Part shown: positions 52,158-62,531 of the stretch, piece after piece
Position numbering within the stretch: position 1 is the first letter of the stretch
Layout: every line of letters starts with the position of its first letter
IMG/VR virus record: IMGVR_UViG_3300009183_000045
Length of the DNA: 64,000 bases
DNA from: a virus
Taxonomy: Duplodnaviria; Caudoviricetes
Strand: one strand, 5' to 3'
Position numbers and translations under genes: made by a program
Notes under the pieces: model-generated
Databases searched by the model: none
What the model was told of the DNA's origin: nothing
What the model saw: the letters and a program-made list of their open reading frames with translations, nothing else

Positions 52158-52544
52158 ATGATAGATAGACCCAGTAATTTAGAAGATCGTATCGGAGGAA
52201 AGGTTCAAATTGAACACTATGTTGGCGGCGAATTTGAAATGGAAGATTGGTTTTTAGATAAGGTATTGGATAATATTCTTATGGTTCAGTATGTGGATGT
52301 TAATGATGCAGGCACTGAAGTCAAAAGAGGCAGTATTTGGGTACCACTTGGTGCAGTTCAGCACACCTGGAGAGTTGCTCGAGTGATCAAAGCGGGTCCT
52401 GATTGTAAGCTAGTTGAGGAAGGCAATTACGTAGTATTTCCTAATGACAGAGGATTACAGGTAGCCAATCTCAATGGTCTTAAGAATGTAGCATTTGTTA
52501 ACGAAGATCGCATCTTCGGCATCTGCAGCCCCAAACCCGAATAA
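52158..52544 (+). CDS. GroES/Cpn10-like co-chaperonin
   Basis: LDNILMV, GSIWVP, A.VIKAGPDCK.VEEG..VVF, FVNED.IFG. Confidence 0.75.
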   Translation: MIDRPSNLEDRIGGKVQIEHYVGGEFEMEDWFLDKVLDNILMVQYVDVNDAGTEVKRGSIWVPLGAVQHTWRVARVIKAGPDCKLVEEGNYVVFPNDRGLQVANLNGLKNVAFVNEDRIFGICSPKPE

Positions 52545-52545
52545 A

Positions 52546-52929
52546 GTGAATTTATCTTCTTCTGGTCTTGCTTCTCTTCTACAAGCAAATGTTGTAGAAT
52601 TAAAATTTGTAAGGAAACATCCTATTAAAAATAGACCAACAACCAGAAGAATGATAGCATCTTTAAATTCTTCTATATTAGATTCTGATTTAGGCAGAAC
52701 AATTTTAAACTTCAAGCCACCAATTGGTACACCTCCTTATACCGCCAGTAATTACAATTTATTAGTAGTCTTTGACTTGTTTATGCAAGATTGGAGAGCT
52801 ATACCAATAGATAAAACTGAAGTAATAAGAGTATTACCTTCAGACCCAGTTTCAGATTTCTGGGAGTATTTTTCAGTCTCTCTTGCTAAAATGTCCTCTT
52901 CACAAAAAGCAGCTTTCATGGATCAATAA
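52546..52929 (+). CDS. SH3-like WYL_2-type small protein
   Basis: VVELKF.RK....R.M.ASL...VFDL..QDWR; GTG start assumed. Confidence 0.55.
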   Translation: MNLSSSGLASLLQANVVELKFVRKHPIKNRPTTRRMIASLNSSILDSDLGRTILNFKPPIGTPPYTASNYNLLVVFDLFMQDWRAIPIDKTEVIRVLPSDPVSDFWEYFSVSLAKMSSSQKAAFMDQ

Positions 52930-53285
52930 TGAATATTAACAACACCAACTTAGAAGAAGCCTGTAAATTTCTTTTACAAAAAAATATATCACTAGAAATT
53001 AACAATAAAATTTTTAAGTCTGGAAAAATGTTATTGTTTTACCAGAAAAATTTCTTTTTAACTTTTGTATTAAATTCAAATAAAAAGGAAAGAGATAAGG
53101 TAGAAATACCTATACCCTATGACACAGAAATGCACATAGAAGATGATCTAATTTATTTTGATTACAGAATTAAAACTTTAAGTAAATTGGCCCCTGACAT
53201 GGAAAATTATTTAAAAATATATCCAACCAAAGTAATCGGAAACAAATACTGGGATACCATATTAACAATTAATGCAAACAATTAA
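52929..53285 (+). CDS. Hypothetical protein, 118 aa
   Basis: TAATG coupling to the upstream gene. Confidence 0.65.
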   Translation: MNINNTNLEEACKFLLQKNISLEINNKIFKSGKMLLFYQKNFFLTFVLNSNKKERDKVEIPIPYDTEMHIEDDLIYFDYRIKTLSKLAPDMENYLKIYPTKVIGNKYWDTILTINANN

Positions 53286-53532
53286 TTCTATTTTAATTTA
53301 TAGTGTTTTTTCTGGTTCTTTTTATGATCTGCCAGAATCTGATGCAAGCTTACTAGAAGTTGGCCATCTTCCGTTAACCGGAAAGCCTAAAAAATGTAAT
53401 AAGTGTTACAACAGGGGATACAGCGGAAGAGATTCTGTCAATCTCACCTATTCCCCGTGTTTGTGCGTGCATAAAGTGTTAAATTTTGATATTCTTAAGA
53501 AGATTGAAAACAAACACACCAAACTTTCTTGA
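53272..53532 (+). CDS. Small zinc-ribbon protein
   Basis: CNKC..RG...PCLC. Confidence 0.6.
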   Translation: MQTINSILIYSVFSGSFYDLPESDASLLEVGHLPLTGKPKKCNKCYNRGYSGRDSVNLTYSPCLCVHKVLNFDILKKIENKHTKLS

Positions 53533-55180
53533 TTACTTTCCTTCAGCCAAAGGTGAGACGCCTCGCGGACAACAAATTGAAGGACTGAATGCAATTAGAA
53601 AGGCATTTGATGCCGGTAAAAAATATGTCATAGCCCGTCTTCCTACGGGGTCTGGTAAATCTCATATGGCAACAGCCATTGCTCGTTCCTCCAGACCAGT
53701 AAACCCCCAATGTAGAGGTTTACTGGAAAGTTATGAAGCGTTTCGCAAAGATAAAAACGGAACATGGCTCCACGAAAACACCTTTGAGGAAGCTCCTGCA
53801 TTTGGAGCTTATATTCTGACAATAACTAGATCATTGCAGGATCAATATTTGGACCTGTTTCCGGATCAATTAGCGGTTAAGGGACAAAACAATTACCAAT
53901 GTGCCGTTGATAAAAATTTAACCATTGATTTTGCGCCTTGCTTATTTACTCCAGAACTAAAACAAGAGTGTCTCAAATTAGACAGATGTCCGTATCACAA
54001 GGCCCGCAAAAACGCCATCGCCTCTCAAGATTCTGTGTTAAATTATAGGGTATTTTTTAATCTTCCCAAATTTCTTCAGAGAAGAGAATATATTATTTGT
54101 GATGAGGCCAAGGAGATAGAAAAAGAACTGGTGGGTCAATATTCAATTACACTTAATTATGCTCAATTACTAGCAGAAGAGATTTCTTTTAAAAAAATCA
54201 TATCAGACGACAGCGAGGAAGCTTTTTTGTGGCTACAGGATATTTTTCTACAGCTTAAAAATCAATGCGCAGACCTCAAGCATAAATTGTCGTTAATGAA
54301 TAATAAAGGAAGTGCATTAGAAGGCATTGTATATAAAACCGTACAGAGACTTGGAAAATTAAATAATTTATACAACTCGGTTTGGGATGTAGTGGACAAT
54401 TGGCATGAGTGTGAATATCTAGTAGAAAGCAAAGATGCCAAATCTGTCATTTTTGTTCCTTTTAATATCAAACCAATTGCTCAACGCATTTTTAGCAGAG
54501 CAGAAAAAATTATCCTCACGTCTGCAACAATCAGTGATCCAGAAGAATATGCTAAAAGCTTGGGTATTAAGAAGAGTGAATATGCAGTTGTAGACATATC
54601 TTCTATATTTGATCCTTTAAAATCACCCATCTACTGTTCTTCCAAGTATAGTCTGTCATTTAAAACCCTAGAAGCCAATCTTCCTAAGGTTATAGATATG
54701 GTATCAAAGATATGTGAGTTGCACAAGGGTCAGAAAGGACTAATTCACACACACACCAATCAGATTACAGAAGTAGTTCGGAGAAAATTAGGTAAAAACA
54801 AAAGATTTTTGTTCCGAGAGGTTGGTGTGTCTAATCAAGACATTATATCTGAACACCGAATCCGAGTAGACGAAGACACTGTTCTTGTAAGTCCTTCTCT
54901 CGACACAGGAGTGAGCTTAGATGATGACCTGGGTAGATTTCAAATCATTATTAAAGCCCCTTATCTGCCTTTGGGTTCTAAGAGAATCAAAAAAATGTTT
55001 GATAAAAGTCCTCGACATTACAGTATGTCTATGCTAGACACATTAATACAAATGTCTGGCAGGTGTACTCGTTCAAAAGACGACCATTCAGTCACTTATA
55101 TTCTTGATGGATCAGCGGTCAAGGCAATAACAACAAATAAAGATCATTTACCTAAATACTTTTTAGATAGATTTATGTAA
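53486..55180 (+). CDS. DinG/XPD-family SF2 helicase with Fe-S cysteines (start uncertain)
   Basis: PTGSGKS, four Cys (C..APC..EC..RCPY), DEAK, TSAT, F.P.KS, G.IHT, QMSGR..R. Confidence 0.88.
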   Translation: MIFLRRLKTNTPNFLDYFPSAKGETPRGQQIEGLNAIRKAFDAGKKYVIARLPTGSGKSHMATAIARSSRPVNPQCRGLLESYEAFRKDKNGTWLHENTFEEAPAFGAYILTITRSLQDQYLDLFPDQLAVKGQNNYQCAVDKNLTIDFAPCLFTPELKQECLKLDRCPYHKARKNAIASQDSVLNYRVFFNLPKFLQRREYIICDEAKEIEKELVGQYSITLNYAQLLAEEISFKKIISDDSEEAFLWLQDIFLQLKNQCADLKHKLSLMNNKGSALEGIVYKTVQRLGKLNNLYNSVWDVVDNWHECEYLVESKDAKSVIFVPFNIKPIAQRIFSRAEKIILTSATISDPEEYAKSLGIKKSEYAVVDISSIFDPLKSPIYCSSKYSLSFKTLEANLPKVIDMVSKICELHKGQKGLIHTHTNQITEVVRRKLGKNKRFLFREVGVSNQDIISEHRIRVDEDTVLVSPSLDTGVSLDDDLGRFQIIIKAPYLPLGSKRIKKMFDKSPRHYSMSMLDTLIQMSGRCTRSKDDHSVTYILDGSAVKAITTNKDHLPKYFLDRFM

Positions 55181-55192
55181 GTAATATAATAA

Positions 55193-56452
55193 ATGAAGCA
55201 ATATACATATCATGCGGAGATAATGACCATGATAGAGCAGTTTACCGCTGCTTTTAATGATATTATTATTAAGGGATATGATAAAAATGGAAGTGTTATA
55301 GCAGATAGTAACAAAAAAGTTCGATTTGTATATGCTCCTAAACAAAGAGTATATGAAACTCTCAACACCCCAGGACCCGGTGGTATTTCTGTTCCAGTTG
55401 TTTCTATAAGTATGGCAGCATTGACCAGAGACAAAACTCGGGTCTTTAATAAAAACCAAGGATTTACGGTTCCTTTTCACACTTTAGAGAATCCAGATCA
55501 ATTAATTAAGAATATTCCTCAGCCGGTTCCAGTTAACCTAACTGTAAACATGTCTATAATGACAAAATACCAGGAACACATGGATCAAATTATTAGTAAT
55601 TTTGTTCCTTATTGTGATCCTTATATTATAATCTCTTGGAAGTGCCCAGGTTTAAAAGATTCTAGTGTACCTTATGAAATTCGTTCTGAGGTTTTATGGG
55701 ATGGTAATATACGAACCACTTACCCCACAGAATTAAATGCCAATCAGCCATACAGGATGACTGCAGATACATCCTTTACCATAAAAGGATGGCTCTTTAA
55801 GAGCATGGAGGAAATATATAAAAAGATTTATTATATAGACAGTGACTTTACTCCAATAGATCAAAATTTTTTACTAGAAGATTTACAAACAGAAACTTTC
55901 CATTTATCCGCCACTCCTTTAATAAAGAGTGTCAGTCCTTATAATATGTCTTTTTGGACAGGTATTGGCAATCTTTCAGGTACCAATTACTTTGACATTG
56001 ACATATACGGCAAATATTTCTTTGATATAAAGAATATATACTTAAGCGCTTCAAAGATAGACATGCTAGACAACACAGAGAGGTGGGATCTGTTTAGCGA
56101 TAGACCACGACTCTCTGCAGACAACCCTCCATTTTACGGTGTAAAACTTTCAAATTTTAATTTAGATTCTGATCACTATATATCATTTAAAATGCCCCAA
56201 ATACCTAATAAAAGTGGCACAATTGATGTAATAGCAGAAAATGAAGCTGGATACGGCAAATTAACATTAGGCAGTCTGAGACCTCCTTTGAGTTCCTGGT
56301 GTGGATGGACATTAGAACAGCCTCCTTATGTACAGGGAATTGTGGTTTCTGTATATGAAGTTACCGAAATAGATCCAATTGCGGGTCAAATATATTCAGA
56401 AGATCATACAACCATTATAGATGAATACGGAAATGATGTAATTTGGATCTAA
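55193..56452 (+). CDS. gp15-like tail terminator/sheath stabiliser with C-terminal Ig-like extension
   Basis: F..AFNDI, V.F.YAPKQR, PVPVNL..NMSI.TKYQ..MDQI, F.IKGWLF. Confidence 0.85.
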   Translation: MKQYTYHAEIMTMIEQFTAAFNDIIIKGYDKNGSVIADSNKKVRFVYAPKQRVYETLNTPGPGGISVPVVSISMAALTRDKTRVFNKNQGFTVPFHTLENPDQLIKNIPQPVPVNLTVNMSIMTKYQEHMDQIISNFVPYCDPYIIISWKCPGLKDSSVPYEIRSEVLWDGNIRTTYPTELNANQPYRMTADTSFTIKGWLFKSMEEIYKKIYYIDSDFTPIDQNFLLEDLQTETFHLSATPLIKSVSPYNMSFWTGIGNLSGTNYFDIDIYGKYFFDIKNIYLSASKIDMLDNTERWDLFSDRPRLSADNPPFYGVKLSNFNLDSDHYISFKMPQIPNKSGTIDVIAENEAGYGKLTLGSLRPPLSSWCGWTLEQPPYVQGIVVSVYEVTEIDPIAGQIYSEDHTTIIDEYGNDVIWI

Positions 56453-56466
56453 ATATATCATAGCAT

Positions 56467-58737
56467 ATGCAAAAACAGATATCTGAATTTCCTACGGTTA
56501 ATGTTCCGTTACCAACAGACCTACTTTTAATAAGCCATAGTGGGATGACAGCTAATATGAGCCTTAACACGGTTGCATTGTATACAAATTCTTTAATATC
56601 AGGCAGCATCAACTCAATAAATTCCAACATTTCTAGATTAAGTGCGCTAGAACATCTAGACACAGTCACTATAGGTTCCAATGTTTTAACTTTAAGTGCT
56701 GATATTAATTCTTTAAAGGATGAAAGCACATTAATAAATGCTAATATATTGAGATTAAGTTCTCTAGAACATTTAGATATTGTTTCATTAAATTCTAATG
56801 TTTTAAACGTAAGCTCAAATATTGATCTATTAAATACAGATTATATTTTATTTAAGAATAACTCTTCTGGCAATATAATAACTCTTCAAGATCAAGTAAC
56901 TGCTGTAAAAGAGACCCTCCTTGCGACCATCCTTTACAATAATACATATTTAGACGCCTTAAGTGCTGATAGTGAAACATTGCACCTCAGCAGCAAGGAA
57001 TTTGCATCTGATATTAATTCTCTTAGTGGATTTTATCACACCTTAAGTGCTTCTGTAGATTTGTTAATCACTTCTACAACTGAATTAAGTGCAAATGTTT
57101 CATCCTTAAGTGCTAGTTATTTGTTAAATTCTAGTGACATTCTAACTTTAAGTGCAGACAATGCTTCTTTAAGTGCTGGTTATTTGTTGAATTCTATTGA
57201 CATTTTATCCCTAAGTGCTGACAATTTATCTTTAAGTGCTAGTTACTGGATAAACTCAGGTGACATTCTAACTTTAAGTGCAAATGTTTCATCTTTAACT
57301 GCTAGTTACTTGTTAAACACTGGTGACATTCTAACTTTAAGTGCAAACAACACCTCTCTAAGTGCTGGTTACTTGTTAAACACAGGTGATATTTTGTTTT
57401 TAAGCTCTGGCTATTTAAGGTTAGAATCTGGAACATCTTTTTTAAGTGCCTGGGTAGATTCTTTAGACTTTACATCACCCACAAATCCCACCATTCAGTT
57501 GTTACAAACTCAAATAGATGCTGTTAGTTCAACTCATGATTCTGTAATATTAAATTTATCCTCATGGAATGATGCTTTAAGTTCAATGGGATATTCCCAG
57601 AGTTTAGATATTTCATCTTTAAGTGCTAGTTACTTGTTAAACACGAGTGACATTTTGACTTTAAGTGCAGACTATGCATCTTTAAGTGCTAGTTACTTGT
57701 TGAACTCCGGCGACATTCTAACCCTGAGTTCCAGTTATTTAAAACTGGAATCTGGAACATCTTTTTTAAGTGCCTGGGTAGATTCTTTAGACTTTACATC
57801 ACCCACAAACCCCACCATTCAGTGGTTACAAACTCAAATAGATGCAGTTAGTTCAACTTCATCTTCCATGTATTCTGATATTACCTCACTAAGTGCTGGT
57901 TACTTGTTAAACACTGGTGATATTTTATCTTTAAGTGCAAATGTTTCATCTTTAACTGCTAGTTACTTGTTAAACACTGGTGACATTCTAACTTTAAGTG
58001 CAAACAATACATCTTTAAGTGCTGGTTACTTGTTAAACACTGGTGACATTCTAACTTTAAGTGCAAACAACACCTCTCTAAGTGCTGGTTACTTGTTAAA
58101 CTCCAGTGATATTTTATCTTTAAGTGCAAATATTATTTCTCTGAGCGGAAATGTTTTGGGTTTAAATTCTTTATCAGTCACTGTAGACCTCATTTCTGCT
58201 ACTGGTATATTGGACAGTCACATTAACTTTTTAACGGATGAAATACTCGGGAGAGGATCTTTAACTATATCACCCTCTAGTAATTTGTTAATTCAAACTA
58301 GTGATTCAATCAACACAAAAACATGGTCTTTTGATTGTAGTGGGCAATTAACTCTGCCCGGCACTTTAATATTTTCAAGTGCCGCAGCAAACGGGGGTCC
58401 TTATGTAAGCCCTATAGAATTAGACTTATCTTTATCTGTACAAAAATTAAATTCAGGAATATATAGACTGTCTAACGGCTCCGAAGGCCAAATTATGTAT
58501 TTTGTACCCAAGACTAATTCTGTAGGAGACACTTCCACTCAGGTTTATATCCCAAATGCTCGATATTGGATTATAGACGGACTGGGACACAAATTTGCGG
58601 TCTCTTCATCCATTTATTGGGTTCCCTGGATACTTCGTGATCATCGCCTAGATCCGGTCTATGACATACTTCCAACAATAACCACAGCTATCTTTACAGA
58701 CGGAGCCTGGAACGTTTCTACTGGTGGCAGAGACTAA
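56467..58737 (+). CDS. Coiled-coil virion fibre protein with 21-aa repeats
   Basis: KQISEFP N-terminal virion motif; repeats such as LSANVSSLTASYLLNTGDILT. Confidence 0.75.
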   Translation: MQKQISEFPTVNVPLPTDLLLISHSGMTANMSLNTVALYTNSLISGSINSINSNISRLSALEHLDTVTIGSNVLTLSADINSLKDESTLINANILRLSSLEHLDIVSLNSNVLNVSSNIDLLNTDYILFKNNSSGNIITLQDQVTAVKETLLATILYNNTYLDALSADSETLHLSSKEFASDINSLSGFYHTLSASVDLLITSTTELSANVSSLSASYLLNSSDILTLSADNASLSAGYLLNSIDILSLSADNLSLSASYWINSGDILTLSANVSSLTASYLLNTGDILTLSANNTSLSAGYLLNTGDILFLSSGYLRLESGTSFLSAWVDSLDFTSPTNPTIQLLQTQIDAVSSTHDSVILNLSSWNDALSSMGYSQSLDISSLSASYLLNTSDILTLSADYASLSASYLLNSGDILTLSSSYLKLESGTSFLSAWVDSLDFTSPTNPTIQWLQTQIDAVSSTSSSMYSDITSLSAGYLLNTGDILSLSANVSSLTASYLLNTGDILTLSANNTSLSAGYLLNTGDILTLSANNTSLSAGYLLNSSDILSLSANIISLSGNVLGLNSLSVTVDLISATGILDSHINFLTDEILGRGSLTISPSSNLLIQTSDSINTKTWSFDCSGQLTLPGTLIFSSAAANGGPYVSPIELDLSLSVQKLNSGIYRLSNGSEGQIMYFVPKTNSVGDTSTQVYIPNARYWIIDGLGHKFAVSSSIYWVPWILRDHRLDPVYDILPTITTAIFTDGAWNVSTGGRD
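57080..58140 (+). repeat. Coding 63-bp tandem repeats, plus a near-identical ~111-bp block duplicated at 57424-57534 and 57748-57858
   Basis: Recurring ttaagtgct..tacttgttaaac..gacattcta; block gaatctggaac...gttagttcaact occurs twice. Confidence 0.85.
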
Positions 58738-58782
58738 TAACAGTTGTATATTGACTTAAATATGTAATTATACATAGTATAT

Positions 58783-60660
58783 ATGGCCGACCTTCTTGCT
58801 TCATCCAATAGAAATGCTAGTTCTAATCGTAATTTTATATCCAGTATATTACAGAGATTACCTTACGTTTCTACAGAAATAGAGACAGATACAAATAATC
58901 CAAAATATGAATTATTTGATAGACTTTCTAAAAGAACTGAATATCGTTTACTAAAACAATCAGTCATAACCGGCGGGGCCATGCAGAGTGAATATGGATC
59001 TGGTCCGGGTGGACATGGATCTATTACTTCTCACAGCCCATATCACAAGTATTTGTATGCAAATATAGATACAGACAAAATCAGAAGAATATCTGAATAC
59101 AGAAGAATGGCTTCTTTTGCAGAAGTTGCAGATTGTTTAGATGAAATATGTGATGAATTTATCGTCAAGGATGAAAACAATCATATATTACACTTTGATT
59201 TTTCTAATTTCTGCGACTTGGCTTCTGAAGAAAAGATTGAATTGCAAAAAGAATTTGAAAAATTTGTTACCATATATGATTTAGAACACAAGGGATGGGG
59301 ATATTGTAGACAACTGCTTGTAGAGGGTGAGTTATTCTTTGAAAATATCACTTATAAAGACAAGCATGAATATGGCATTATAGGTGTATTGACCATTCCA
59401 GGAGAATTGATCAATCCGGCATATGATAACATTCAAAACAATGTTATAGAAAATTTTACATTTCAAAAACCCATTAATTTACAGCAAACCGCGGCGACTC
59501 CTTTGTCTCAGATGCAAGCAAACAAGAGTCCAGTAAATGCTCTTCAGCAACAAATAGTTACTCTTCAATCAAACCAGGTAACTTATATGCATTCTGGTTT
59601 ATGGAACGAAGATCATAGCATCCGTATTCCGTTTATTGAAAATTGTAGAAGAGCATATAAGATGCTTTCTCTTTGTGAAGATGCCATCATTATATATCGT
59701 CTAGTAAGAGCACCCGAAAGGTTAAAATTCACTATAGACGTAGGCAACATGCCACCCGCCAAAGCAGAATCCTATATGAAGGGATTAATGCAGCAGTATT
59801 ACTCCAAACAAGTGTATGACGGTGGAGCAAACTCTACTGGTCCGGTTAGTAATTCTTATAATCCACAGTCTATGTTAGATAGCTACTGGTTTGCAAGGAA
59901 ACCAGGTGAAACCGGATCTGATGTATCAGTGCTACAAGGTGGCGACAACTTGGGTAAGTTAGATGATTTGATGTACTTTGTGGGCAAATTATATAAGAGC
60001 CTTAAAGTTCCTATTTCAAGACTCAACCCCAATGAAGCATTCAAAGACGGTGGTGAAATTCTTAAAGAAGAATTAAGATTTGCAAAATTTATTGTCAGGT
60101 TGCAGAATCAAGTAGCCGCAGGCATTAAAAATGCTTTCATTAGTCACTTAAAAATTAAAGGATGGTGGAATGAATATAAATTACACGAGTCCTATTTAAA
60201 TTTTGAATTTAATCCGCCATCAAACTATTTTGCTATTAGACAGCAGCAAATGGTAGAACTTAAACAGAAGAATTTCTCTGACATGTCTCTAAATGAAGGG
60301 ATATCTAATATATTTGCTCAAAGACACTATCTCCAATTCAGTGATGCTAAAATTAGTGAAAATATGGAATGGCAGCGCAAAGAAGCGGCCTTTAAATGGG
60401 AGCTTGCTCAAATTCAAAATGCAGGACCTAATTGGAGGGAGCAGATAGAAGCGGCTCAACAGGCAGCTTCTGCGGGTGGCGTCGCTGCCGACACAGGCGG
60501 AGGCGGAGGAGGCGGCGGAGGTGGATCATCAGCTATACCAGAATTTGGTTCAGCAGGTGGCACACCGGCCGCCACTCCAGAAGCCGGAGAAACTCCAGAA
60601 GCTGGTGCCGCTCCCGGAGGAACTCCAGTAGCTGCTGCTCCTCCTAGTCCTGCTACTTAA
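58783..60660 (+). CDS. gp20 portal protein
   Basis: I..YR.MA...EV, YRLVRAPER..F.IDVGNMP..KAE.Y, YWFAR, GG.NLG, EILKEELRF.KF. Confidence 0.95.
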   Translation: MADLLASSNRNASSNRNFISSILQRLPYVSTEIETDTNNPKYELFDRLSKRTEYRLLKQSVITGGAMQSEYGSGPGGHGSITSHSPYHKYLYANIDTDKIRRISEYRRMASFAEVADCLDEICDEFIVKDENNHILHFDFSNFCDLASEEKIELQKEFEKFVTIYDLEHKGWGYCRQLLVEGELFFENITYKDKHEYGIIGVLTIPGELINPAYDNIQNNVIENFTFQKPINLQQTAATPLSQMQANKSPVNALQQQIVTLQSNQVTYMHSGLWNEDHSIRIPFIENCRRAYKMLSLCEDAIIIYRLVRAPERLKFTIDVGNMPPAKAESYMKGLMQQYYSKQVYDGGANSTGPVSNSYNPQSMLDSYWFARKPGETGSDVSVLQGGDNLGKLDDLMYFVGKLYKSLKVPISRLNPNEAFKDGGEILKEELRFAKFIVRLQNQVAAGIKNAFISHLKIKGWWNEYKLHESYLNFEFNPPSNYFAIRQQQMVELKQKNFSDMSLNEGISNIFAQRHYLQFSDAKISENMEWQRKEAAFKWELAQIQNAGPNWREQIEAAQQAASAGGVAADTGGGGGGGGGGSSAIPEFGSAGGTPAATPEAGETPEAGAAPGGTPVAAAPPSPAT

Positions 60661-60679
60661 AGGATAAGTAGTAGTTTAT

Positions 60680-62062
60680 ATGTCTGTTCTACCCGTCAAC
60701 TTCGGAAGCACCACTTTTAATAATAGAATCTCTAGTTACGACTTATTATCTTCTCGTATAAAACACATGCTAGGAGAACCACTGATACAAGTGGAAATAA
60801 GTGACGCTCAGATGTATGAATGCATAGACACTGCCTGTGAATTTTTTACTAAATTTGCAGGCACTACTGAAGAATTTTTAATATTCCGCTCAGATTTGTA
60901 TATACCCGGAAACGGTCTTCCTATTGGCCGTTTACTTAATATTACTCCCGAATTAACAAATGCCGAAAATCCGGATCAACAACAATTTCCTCAGATATAT
61001 CAACAAATAGGTGCCAACCACGGATCACAATACACAGCTATAATAGGTGACGGAATTCGAGAATCTTATGAAGTGTTACATAATCTAAACACAGAAAATA
61101 TTATTGTTCAAGTATATGATAATGTTACCAATGAAGTGGTGTTTACGGAAGTTGTAATTGTTTCACCTACAATTTGTCGGATAATATTTAACGAAGCCAT
61201 TAATGTCAATTCTTTTAGGGTTGTTATTTTTTCTGGTATATCTGCGTCAACCTATATGTCTCTATTAGGTAATGGAGTAGACAATGTGTTCGTAATATCA
61301 CATAATTTAAATTCTCAAAACATAATAATACAGGTATATGACCAAGTAACAAATGAATTGGTGTATCCTTCTATATCAAACATTTCTCCTAATCAGAGCT
61401 TGGTGTCCTTTAAACACCCCATTGCATTGAATGCTTACAGAGTTGTTATGTTGGTCAGTGCTGCCTCACCAGGAGTTAATCCTATTTTTGCAAAGACCCA
61501 CAGTGCTGGATGGGATCTTGATTTAAATTGTTACCGCAAAGTAGTTGATGTATATTCCTTTGCTGAAGGAAATAATTCAGGTATTAACACTTTATTCTCA
61601 ATAGAACACACAGTGGCTCAACAAGCATATTTTGGACATTTGTTGGGTAATGTGGGTTATGATTTAATTACATGGCAATCTTTAAAAGGATGGTTAGATA
61701 TGAGAGATAAAGTGTTGGCCCTCACTCCTCTATTGAGGTTTAATCCAGATACTCAAATGTTGAGAATTATTCCCGAGCCTAGCCAAAACTCTGCTGCATA
61801 TTACGGTTTAGTTGGATGTCATTTACAAAAACCCATTAAAGACATAGTCAATCAATTATGGGTTTATAGATATGCAATGGCATTGGTTAAAATGACCACA
61901 GCTCATGTAAGATCTAAGTTTGGCGGCACCAATTTATTTGGTGGCCAGGTGGTGTCTTATCAAGATCTTATGTCTCAGGGCATATCCGAAAGAGATAAGC
62001 TAGAAGATGAATTAATGAACAAACACGTTGACTCCATGCCTACAAGATTTTTCGTAGGTTAA
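60680..62062 (+). CDS. gp13-like neck protein with an internal two-repeat insertion
   Basis: IK..LG.P.I.VE....Q....ID.A; C-terminal W...Y.MALVK...G.NLFGG...Y; two HNL repeats inside. Confidence 0.85.
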   Translation: MSVLPVNFGSTTFNNRISSYDLLSSRIKHMLGEPLIQVEISDAQMYECIDTACEFFTKFAGTTEEFLIFRSDLYIPGNGLPIGRLLNITPELTNAENPDQQQFPQIYQQIGANHGSQYTAIIGDGIRESYEVLHNLNTENIIVQVYDNVTNEVVFTEVVIVSPTICRIIFNEAINVNSFRVVIFSGISASTYMSLLGNGVDNVFVISHNLNSQNIIIQVYDQVTNELVYPSISNISPNQSLVSFKHPIALNAYRVVMLVSAASPGVNPIFAKTHSAGWDLDLNCYRKVVDVYSFAEGNNSGINTLFSIEHTVAQQAYFGHLLGNVGYDLITWQSLKGWLDMRDKVLALTPLLRFNPDTQMLRIIPEPSQNSAAYYGLVGCHLQKPIKDIVNQLWVYRYAMALVKMTTAHVRSKFGGTNLFGGQVVSYQDLMSQGISERDKLEDELMNKHVDSMPTRFFVG

Positions 62063-62063
62063 T

Positions 62064-62531
62064 ATGCGTAAACACCTTCATAAAGATTCTAGATACAATC
62101 AAGGCAAATTCCATCCTCAAAATATTGGCAAATACAAAGGATCTTTGCCAATTATATACAGATCTAGTTTAGAACTTAAATCATTTAGGTGGATGGACAG
62201 AAATCCTAACATTATTAGTTGGGGTTCTGAGTCTGTAATAATACCATATTATTCACCTATCGAATTAGAAAAAAAAATCCACAGATATTTTGTGGATTTG
62301 GTGGCTCACTTAAAAAGTAAAGATGGTACTATTAAAAAATTATTAATAGAAGTTAAACCACATAAACAAGTATCTGCTCCCACTTACAGTCCTCGTAAAG
62401 GAAAAAAAACTGTGCTGTATGAACAGACACAGTTTTTAATTAATACTGCTAAGTGGGAAGCTGCTAGGGCTTGGTGTGACAAGAATGATTATACATTCAT
62501 AATACTCACAGAAAAACACCTAAAAGACTAA
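62064..62531 (+). CDS. gp4-like head-completion nuclease (TnsA-like)
   Basis: Y.QGKF.P.N..KYKG, YRSS.E, WGSE...IPY, HRYFVD, IEVKP, N.AKW.AA. Confidence 0.9.
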   Translation: MRKHLHKDSRYNQGKFHPQNIGKYKGSLPIIYRSSLELKSFRWMDRNPNIISWGSESVIIPYYSPIELEKKIHRYFVDLVAHLKSKDGTIKKLLIEVKPHKQVSAPTYSPRKGKKTVLYEQTQFLINTAKWEAARAWCDKNDYTFIILTEKHLKD

